A stretch of 43,381 bases of DNA from Mesotaenium endlicherianum (taxonomy: Eukaryota), in contig WELA01002449.1 in assembly GCA_009602735.1 (NCBI GenBank), forward strand, positions 537,984-581,364, written 5' to 3'. The position numbers and the translations under genes are program-made. The notes beneath the pieces are model-generated. The model made no database searches. It saw nothing but the letters and a program-made list of their open reading frames with translations, and was not told where the DNA came from. Position 1 is the stretch's first letter, and every line of letters begins with the position of its first letter. Of the stretch, positions 1-15,362 are shown in pieces.

Positions 1-88
1 TTTTCGCGTTCTCGCGACTTTTCGAAAAGTCGCGACTGTTCGCGGAGTCGCGTTCAAATAATTACGTCATGAACCAGGAGTTACAAAT

Positions 89-164
89 AACTACTTGGCC
101 AATTGGTTTAGGTGTGAACGTTTCAAACGACAAGTCGCGGGTTCGAATCCGTGTCGATGCAAAG
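89..164 (+). other. Degenerate tRNA-like element (pseudo-tRNA or tRNA-derived SINE head)
   Basis: A-box-like TGGCCAATTGG (96-106) and exact B-box GGTTCGAATCC (140-150) at tRNA spacing. Putative anticodon loop TTTCAAA (121-127). The acceptor stem does not pair and the anticodon and T stems are imperfect, so it is not called a functional tRNA. Confidence 0.4.
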
Positions 165-1168
165 CGACTTTGCATGTTTCGTTTCGTTTGTCTTTACGAC
201 GGTTTGTTCGTATCTTGATACGACGGTTTGTTCGTATCAACGACTGGTCGTGAATTCGAAATCTGTGATTGTGCATTGTCGAAATAATGACAATCAAATC
301 AACTTAATCAATCAATGATTTAATAAGTTATCATCTCATAATGAATCAAAGTAACTTTTTGAATAATTATGTCGTACTTTTGCGAAGTAGTCGAGTTACG
401 TTACGACGCTTTTTGCAATAGTATCTTGGTCGTTTCGCCAATCGACCAGGAATTAATCGGCACACACGTGTGGCGAATAATTGAATATGATGCAATCTTT
501 ATCAAATAATATGATAGATAGTATAACGTACTTTAGGTAATTGGGAAAACGTCCCAAATACACCCACCTGACAGGAAGGGGTGAGCATGCCCGGCAACCA
601 ATACAAATGGAGCAAATGCACAACATCATCTTCTTCACCCCTCCGTGCCTATGCACCCACTCACAATAACGCATGGAAGACTAACTGCATGCCACATGTT
701 GGGGACAGCACCCATCGTGAAGTACCTCTACATTGGCATGAATTCAAGAACGTAAGAAGGAATGAGTTTGTGTGAAACGCTGTATGTGGAATGCAGTCAC
801 TCATACTTGGCCTACCTTACGCCACTTCCTGCAGGACATGCTGTGAATTGTCGCACTCTAGCCTGACATGTTGCCCAGCTCCGCCCCCCTCGAGCAAACG
901 CGATGCCCAATGGTGGCCTTGGTACGGCACCGACGATTGAAAACACCAAACAGTCTGCCAGGCCACCCCAATACATACATCGTAAGCCTGACATTGGTCT
1001 CTCCCTCTCCCCAACAATCTTTGCCCCTTGCCCTCCTGCCCACCTGCACACATGTTCACTCACTAGCTGTAGGAGAGGGGAGAAAAAAGGAGGGGGGTAG
1101 GTTATTAGATGTGGGGGGTAAGCACACGTTGCTACACAACTCTAGCATGTATGGCCTGCCTGCGGCAC

Positions 1169-1875
1169 TTGTACTTTGAAATACATGGGCTTGCTGGGCA
1201 CGGGCCATGGGAAGTCGACGCCAGCTGCAGGCTCTCCGTCTTAGCGATGCCATCCTGTAGCGTGCCCTTGTAGAACGCGTTTGGCGGAAAGTCCGACAAG
1301 CACGGGTGCATGCGGTGTTGCACTTGCCAGAGGGGGACTCACCAGGGAGGGAAGGGGGAAGGCAGGGGGGGAGTTTGCTTGAGCTTCGAGGCCAAGGCAG
1401 GCTCTGGCTGCGGGCTTAGTCCACTGTCACCCCACTCTCTCAGACAACACCACCCGTGTGATGCGTTGGCTTGTCGTGTGCAAGGAGAGAGATTGCGAGT
1501 ACGAGAACAGCCGCTTAGGGCGATGTACGTGGCAAGACGAGCTGGAGGCATGAGGGCAAGTTAAGACGCAGGAGAAGAGGAGAGGATGGGGCACAAGGGG
1601 GGAGAAGGGAGGCGTGCAAGAGGAGGAGGAGAGGAGCGCGAGCGAGCGGCAAGCATAACAGCAGTTGGATGGGCTTCACAGCCAGGGGGACAAGAGGAGA
1701 GGGTGGGTTGGAAAGGGTGGAAAGAGGTGGAAGGGGCAGGAAGAAGAGGCACCTGCAGGCGAATGGGCCAAGCAGCACCAGGCACTAAAACAGCTACTGC
1801 GCCAGCCCTACACGCGACGCCCGCTTGCACACGATGACAGGCCCCTAGCTGGCAGTGGTCCCCCACCTGCACTAG
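1169..1875 (-). pseudogene. UPF1: UPF1 (SF1 RNA helicase, NMD factor) gene fragment, two pseudo-exons
   Basis: 1875-1753 reads LVQVGDHCQLG/PVIVCKRASRVGLAQ*LF*CLVLL/PIRLQ then a GT donor (2 stops, 2 frameshifts). 1323-1169 reads VQHRMHPCLSDFPPNAFYKGTLQDGIAKTESLQ/GVDFPWPVPSKPMYFKVQ then GT (1-nt deletion; acceptor AG appears as AA). Both match recalled plant UPF1 motifs GDHCQLGPVIMCKKAA and QYRMHP..SEFPSN.FYEG..DFPWPVP. Confidence 0.85.
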
Positions 1876-3192
1876 CCACAGCGGTTCCCGCAACAGCCAC
1901 CCCAGGCGAGTAACCCACACAAGCACAAAATGAGACACAAGAGAGGGAGAAATCGAGAGAAGGATAGAGAGAGTGACCCACCCCTTAGCCTGGGTGCTCA
2001 CAAATGGGCATGCCTAACAAGGGCGCACAGCAGCAGTGAAGAGCAGGGGTGGGGCACCATGTTCTCACAACAAAAGGACAGGTGAAGCACCATGGGGCAC
2101 CTTTAGCGAGGAGCAGCAGCAACCTCAGGTACTCAATGGAGGAGGACGGACCGCTGTCGTCAAGTGACAACCGGCAGGGAACGGCGACGGGCCTGGCAAG
2201 GCAGAACACAGCAGAACGGAAGGGAGGCAAGCGTGGGCCAGCTCTGGGAAGAGAGAAAGAGAAAGAGCATACGAAGAAGTTATGGGAGGAAGAGAAGATG
2301 AGTCTCCAGGAACGGAAGAAAGGGGAAGGGGAGGGGGGGGGAGGAGGGTATTCCTTGCAGGCCCTTGTCAGTCTCCAATTGATGTCTCTGGTTTGATGGG
2401 GCCCCCTCTTCACCTCACTTTTGCGTGACCCAAGTATGGCGCGTTCTGCCCTCTCCCTTTGCGCTGGCCCTTTCGCCCCTGTGGACCCGGCCCCCTCCTG
2501 TTGACTCCCCGACCGCAGAAAAATCGACTCTCTGGTTGACCCGCGAGACTCCTCGAATTGACGTGCTGATTGGCCCTCTCCCTTTCCGGACAATCAAAGC
2601 CTCAGACCCCCCATTCGCAACCAGCCCAGCTGGCGCTGACTCGAGCTGACGTCTGCTGACTAAGCTGACCCGCGAGGGCACAAAGCTGATTTGTGAGCCG
2701 ACCTGTGGGTTGACCTGTGAGCTGGCTTTTGTTGACCCAGCTGACATGGGCTGATCTCTCCGTGCCGACCCAAGCTGAATTGGACTGACCCTCTGTCCGC
2801 TGCCGCCTCCTGTCTTTTTCTCCTCCGTGCCTCTTTCTCTCTTCCCTCTTCCCCCCCCTCTCCACCTCCCCCTCCACCCGCCTGCCCCTCTCCCCCCCCC
2901 CTGCCNNNNNNNNNNNNNNNNNNNNNNNNNNNNNNNNNNNNNNNNNNNNNNNNNNNNNNNNNNNNNNNNNNNNNNNNNNNNNNNNNNNNNNNNNNNNNNN
3001 NNNNNNNNNNNNNNNNNNNNNNNNNNNNNNNNNNNNNNNNNNNNNNNNNNNNNNNNNNNNNNNNNNNNNNNNNNNNNNNNNNNNNNNNNNNNNNNNNNNN
3101 NNNNNNNNNNNNNNNNNNNNNNNNNNNNNNNNNNNNNNNNNNNNNNNNNNNNNNNNNNNNNNNNNNNNNNNNNNNNNNNNNNNNNNNNNNNC

Positions 3193-8641
<5,449 letters not shown>

Positions 8642-11600
8642 GACACATAGACTCTAGAAGATACGCTTGATGTGGAAAACAATTGTTTCCAGGGTTGAAA
8701 TTTACTGTCGAGCATTTGGCAATATATATATGCATTAGAATTTTGAGCTTCGATCCAAAGTGTGGTGCTAAGTTTAAGAGAGTTGATTCGTGACTTACTG
8801 GCGTCACCCCTTTTTTATTAAGGGTTGTGGAAGTGCTTAGGTGATGGAATATAAGAGTGTTCAAACTCACACGTCTCCCTTTACGTGTTTATGCATGTGA
8901 TGCTTGGATGTTGAACTTTGAGTCCCTTTTGTACTACTTGGCGCGTATATTGAAAGGACGCAGCAAAGTGCCAACCTATGTTAGTGGTGGGATACGTGCA
9001 CATTGTTGTTCGTGTTCCGTCCAAAGAGGCAACTATGAACGGAATATCAGAGGTGCAATAAAGTGGTCTCGCGGCCATTATGGTTCAATGAGAGCCAATA
9101 AATTTACTTCTTGGCCCACTCTCTTGTGACGAGTTCGTATATTGCAAAGTAGGCATGTTGGGATACAAGTATACGTTACTATGTCTTTTTGTCGAATGGC
9201 TCATCATATATTTGAGCTTTTAGTCCCTCTAAAAAATGTATCCATATGTAGTGTTTGTATAAGCCATTATTGTGTACGTTAGTGGTAAGTCTGCGGCTAG
9301 CATACACAAAAACTATTTATAGCTAAGTTCGCAACTTTACTGATATCACCACGTCTACTCTCACCACGTGTGCAGGCTCCATCCATGCATTATAGTTTGT
9401 CGCTACACTCTCGCTAGGGTCCCCTTCACTGTTGACAGAGCTATGCCACAAGTACTTACTTTATGCCTCACTCATTTCCATAGCTAATGTTTTTCAAAAT
9501 CACATCATGGCCAATACATCGCAGCCAGCACACATCAAGAAGGAACATGCAGACAAATTACATACAGAATTCTACCATATGATGTTACACCACAAGTAAC
9601 TCCTTTTAAATCATCAAAGTTTCTCATAAGGGATTTCTTTTTACTATGCTATATTCCACCACAATGATTGCTTGTAATCTATGGAGTGTCATTGAAAGAT
9701 TAATGATTGTTTCACAAAGTAAGAGTGAGACTATGCACATGTGACGTAAGAGATTCATTAGCAAATAGACATGTCAAATATACTATTAACACTTGGAAAA
9801 TGTGCAAGTGGTGAAATAAACGATCATAGACTCGGCTCTAGGACCCAATCCCATCGCCGATGGGTGGGGATTGGAATTTCAAATGGCACCATTCTAAGAA
9901 ACTGTACGCAATTTCCTAGCTGGGATAAATTCCCAAGAAATAGGATTGCTGGGATGACATGGCTGGTGAAGCATCCAACGCTGTTCACTCTTCAAATTTT
10001 GAAACCGAAATTGCAAGCAAAAAGAAATTACTTTGTTGACGGCCTTCTCAATGTCAGAAAGTTGTTACACACTCGACAAACTATGATATTAATTCTGTTT
10101 TTCATCAAAGTCCTTTGAGATGGCCGATTCATTCGTTCAGTGTGTAAGGTCCAATCACAAATGGACCACGTTGTTGCTTGAATGAAGATTTGATGCGTGT
10201 GCATTGGAACTTAAATGAGTTTAATAACACCTTTGAATCTTGCACCTATAAAAGAATCACAAACCTCGGCGCAATGAGGAATCATTGAACCCCTTCCCTT
10301 GACGAAATTCTTAAACCCGTCTTTAACTTACACTTTTACGTAGTGATTGCTTTTACAACATTATAAAAAGGAGGTCAATACTTATTGAGATGATTAATGC
10401 AATTGGCCGAATTGGTTTAACTCATGAAATTGACAGAGTCTATTTAATCTATTTCTAAGAGCTATACTACGGTAACAAAAATTAATCGCCGCTATTCATT
10501 TTGTGTGTACTCAATTGTACCCGATAGTACACTAGCTCCTTCGTTGTGGAATACAGACGTCAAAAAGTGGTGTAGAGTGCTGATTTGCGAGTCGTTAATT
10601 GTTCAAGTAAGTCACTCTGGCAATTGGAGTACAAAACTCACTAAGTATCATAATGCAAAATTCTATTGACCTTAAGAGATAAAATGAGTTTGTTTTGACT
10701 TTATTGTCACTTCAAATGACTCGCGTTGAGGTAAAACTTTGATTGGCGTAGATGAAATAGCGAAGTGGTGCGGTCACAGTAAACCGAACGCGTCATTCTT
10801 TGGTTATTCACGATTGCAATGTGACTCTCACAATTGAGATGCCAAAAATAGCAATCGAGTAAATGGCAAAAATGCAGCAGTACAACTTTGCCACTATAAG
10901 CTGGCCCCTAATGTAGGTAAATAAATTTGGTTTCTTGGTCCAAAATTCATCTGCGGTTCATTTGACAATCGTGTTGCAACCACACATTCTTGGACTTAAT
11001 GTTAAATTAAGAAGTTATGTGTTCACTTGTATGTGTCAGATTGATCGATATTCTTTGACTATACACAACTTTCGCAACCCCTTTTCTTGTGGATTTCAAA
11101 GGTTATAACATAATGTTAAAAACACGTGTCTACATTTGGACCAATCACACAAAAACAATGCATACGACCATGTACTCCGACTGGAGTTTGACAACTAGAA
11201 ACAATAAAACGCGACGGTTGGAAGTGAAATAACTTTGGCAATGTTGCACTTGCCAACAAGAAGTATTTGAACTTTTCTCCAAAAAATAGACCTAAGTTGC
11301 CATTTAATTTAATAACTCTGAACTCAGAAAGTATCCGGATAGCGTCCAAGAGAACGTCAATAATAGGGGTCCAAGAGCACTTCCCAACCACTTGCTAATA
11401 ATTTTTTGGAAAAAATAGAAAATTCACATCGTGACGTGGACCATTTTCGAAGTGAAGGGTCAAGCTCAAGCCTCTCAACTCAACATGATTTTTTGGTCTC
11501 AAGAACATTTTCTGCTCAACAATAAGGATTTGAGAGAACATCCGGAACTACATGGAAGATGTCCTTTGGCATCATTGTATTGCATATTAACATCCCATTA

Positions 11601-13640
11601 TAAATTCACAAAGAATCCGTACAATGTAAGGATTTTAAGCAACATCAGCTCATGATTATGAGGATAATTTAAATAGTGTTATTTGTTTGAGTTGGGTTTC
11701 TTAACTTCCAAGGTAGCAAATAACATAGAGTTTATCTTGTATCAAGGGGTCTGGGCTAGCTACCCTGGAGGGCTCTATGTTAATGTACTTAGGGCTGAAG
11801 TGATGCATTCTTGGAAGCACCATTCACTTGATTGGCTGTAAGCAGCATCCGAACTCCATGATTACTTCCACCCGATCGGCGCATTCTGACACTCAATGAA
11901 CGTCGTGGGGGGCGTTGCATTGTGATCATTTTATTCAATCTTATCGAAGTTATCAACTTTTTGAAGGGTGTTCAACGCCGTTCAACGTCGACAGTCATAT
12001 ATTGTCAACCACTGCGCAAAGTCAAGACGGTTTTACCTGTCTTTCCTTGTCGCAACTTGGGAAAGCGGGAATGATTGTCATAGTCGCCGGTTTGACGCTT
12101 AACATTGCGTTACGTTTATGACGACAATACAGTGGCGCCCTGGTGGCCCCCACAAATAACGAGTTACCGGAAATCACAGAAGCGATGAGTAGCGACTGGT
12201 GGCGAGTCCAAGCGAGAATGCCTAATCTTTGAACTGAAAAATGACCGCACCGGAAGCACCGAAAGTCAAACGAAGATTGACAACAGAAAGGACGGTGCTT
12301 TAGCTGGCAGTTGCTGCTTGTTTGAGGACTTGCCGGCAGCTTGCCGGCACCCGCCGGTGCTTCCTGGCGCTTCCCGGTGCTTCTGGATGGATAAGCAGCA
12401 GATCAGCAGAAATATTCAACATTGCACAACAGTCCCCCATGACTTGTGATCGTGGGCGCATATTTTCCTCCCGAGAAGAGGGACTATTAAAACTTTCCCG
12501 CATAGCGCACAAATATCGAGCCATTAACCACAATTGCATTGAGCTAAGCCTATATATGCGGCGCAAAGTTTGAGTCGGCTACTTAAGGAAAAAGATTGTT
12601 ATGTGAAAGTTTTCGACAGTCACTTGCCGATGCTTGTGATCATGGGCTGATAACTCTTATGGAAAAAGGCGCAGAATTGTGACTTTCTTTCAATTGCGGC
12701 GAACAATCAAAATGTTGGCTAAATTTAGCCCTTGGAGCTGCCCAAATAATCAATAAAACGCGTTTCTTTTCGGCATAACTTGCAAGTTTGGCGAAAAAAA
12801 TCAAGACAGTAGGCACTTTCGTGCGATAGTTAGCACCCCATCCTTGTGATCGTCGTCAGCAATGGTCAGTGGCCATCGCCGCACCTGGCATCGGAATCCT
12901 AGTCAATGCCAATTGTTTCGAGCAGTTTCAACTTTCAAGGCAAGCAGTGGGCAACACTGGAGCCCTGCCCGTCCCTATTTGACGGTAAAGTGCTTGGAAT
13001 TGCTCTCGAATTCTGATTTATTACACTCCTGGTATTAGGTCGATGAACTAATGCACCCGCATTCGCTTGTCCACTATTTGGCGCCCTTGAGCTTTGGCTA
13101 CCGACCGTCCAAAATTTGCTGGCGAAAGCAGGCAATAGCGGTTGATAGCGGTAGCTCGCGACAAATGAGACCACCGACCCTCCAAAATCTGCTGCGACCC
13201 AACCATTTTTCTCACAGCAGAGCACCGCCAGAGCGTCAGAGAAAGATGGTGAACAGTACCTGACGGGACGCCTACTTTCAGCAGGTGAACAGTAACCGAC
13301 GTTGCCATTTTACCTGAAGGCTGAGAGGCACGGAAGTGAGCCGAGGCACGGAGGTGAGCCGAACGAGTCGGGACAATGGATCGTATATATTATCGTGCGA
13401 GCTATCTGTAGACTCGACAAGAATTTGTGGGCACATACATCAACTCTCATCTAGTCAACCACCACGCCGTCCCAGCGCAATTTGTTTCACTATTTAGGCC
13501 ATAGTCGCTGCTGATTTCCCTCCATTGTCCCTCGTGCTGCTTGACCGCTCTTTTATTCCCTCAATTCTCCGTATTCGCTTGCAAGTATCATCCTCTACAG
13601 AACTGACCTCTACAGGAATAAGGTACCCTCTTTAGTCACC

Positions 13641-15311
13641 ATGGCGGGCTCAAGAGCTGCTGTAGCAGCTCTGTTGATAGTCTTCTCATTGGCAGCCACA
13701 GCTCATGCCGCCAACCTGGTCGGAGGTGCGTCGGCCGCTATCAGGTTGCAGCAGAGGATGATTGCTGCCATCAACTTGAAGTACAAGTCAGCTGGTCTTC
13801 TCCCATACGGAATGTGAGTCTTCCATCTGTCTGAACCAGAACGAATGGTCCTTCATTCGAGAATTATGCTTCTTATTTGCGAATATTCCTATGCCTGAGA
13901 AGAAAGAAGATTGCAGTACCTTTGCGGAACAGCTCAAACATCAAATGAATGTACTCCTTCTCAGAGTGTAAATTTACATACATTAATTTACCCACTCAAT
14001 TCAATGGGTTTTGCTCTTCTGGCCCGATTTTCGACATGTTTTAGCTTGCTGTAATAACCAACAACTATGTCGCTTGGCATCACGTTGTTAGCGGAGCCGT
14101 CTTCTGTTGCACTTCCTGTTGCCGTGGGCGACGACGGTCGTCAGCAAGTTCCTTCTCTATCTCGTCTTTTAATTTCCTCCTATCTCATCTTTCTCTTCTT
14201 CTTCTTCTTCTGCCACTTGCTCCCCGCCCTCGAAGCGGCGAGTCTTTGTCGAAGCGGCTGCCACCGTCCTGCTGTCATTGCACTCACGAGTCTCTTCGCC
14301 TGCTCTTGTGCCGCGCTCACTCCCTTGCAGCTCAAACTCCAACGGCGGAATCGTCGGACTGAAGAAGGGAGCATATGCTGTTGGGATCGGCAACGTCCCC
14401 TTCAGCCCACTGCAGGAGAAGTTCTACCCCAAGTACACCCTCCCCCAGGTGAGCGCCCCCCTCCTCGATTCCCCTCTCCTATCCCCCCCCCCTTCNNNNN
14501 NNNNNNNNNNNNNNNNNNNNNNNNNNNNNNNNNNNNNNNNNNNNNNNNNNNNNNNNNNNNNNNNNNNNNNNNNNNNNNNNNNNNNNNNNNNNNNNNNNNN
14601 NNNNNNNNNNNNNNNNNNNNNNNNNNNNNNNNNNNNNNNNNNNNNNNNNNNNNNNNNNNNNNNNNNNNNNNNNNNNNNNNNNNNNNNNNNNNNNNNNNNN
14701 NNNNNNNNNNNNNNNNNNNNNNNNNNNNNNNNNNNNNNNNNNNNNNNNNNNNNNNNNNNNNNNNNNNNNNNNNNNNNNNNNNNNNNNNNNNNNNNNNNNN
14801 NNNNNNNNNNNNNNNNNNNNNNNNNNNNNNNNNNNNNNNNNNNNNNNNNNNNNNNNNNNNNNNNNNNNNNNNNNNNNNNNNNNNNNNNNNNNNNNNNNNN
14901 NNNNNNNNNNNNNNNNNNNNNNNNNNNNNNNNNNNNNNNNNNNNNNNNNNNNNNNNNNNNNNNNNNNNNNNNNNNNNNNNNNNNNNNNNNNNNNNNNNNN
15001 NNNNNNNNNNNNNNNNNNNNNNNNNNNNNNNNNNNNNNNNNNNNNNNNNNNNNNNNNNNNNNNNNNNNNNNNNNNNNNNNNNNNNNNNNNNNNNNNNNNN
15101 NNNNNNNNNNNNNNNNNNNNNNNNNNNNNNNNNNNNNNNNNNNNNNNNNNNNNNNNNNNNNNNNNNNNNNNNNNNNNNNNNNNNNNNNNNNNNNNNNNNN
15201 NNNNNNNNNNNNNNNNNNNNNNNNNNNNNNNNNNNNNNNNNNNNNNNNNNNNNNNNNNNNNNNNNNNNNNNNNNNNNNNNNNNNNNNNNNNNNNNNNNNN
15301 NNNNNNNNNNN

Positions 15312-15362
<51 letters not shown>

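Noticed and set aside
89..164. Functional tRNA-Sec or suppressor tRNA
   Set aside because: No acceptor-stem pairing and no long variable arm. Kept only as a degenerate tRNA-like element.
10095..10175. - strand peptides TERMNR and GPFVI reminiscent of Ty3/gypsy integrase
   Set aside because: Very short, in different frames and in the wrong order, with no other retroelement motifs recognised in 8700-13300.
11708..11782. Short inverted repeat TAACATAGAG/CTCTATGTTA as a possible miRNA or MITE
   Set aside because: Only a 10-bp stem, with no extended pairing or target-site duplication.
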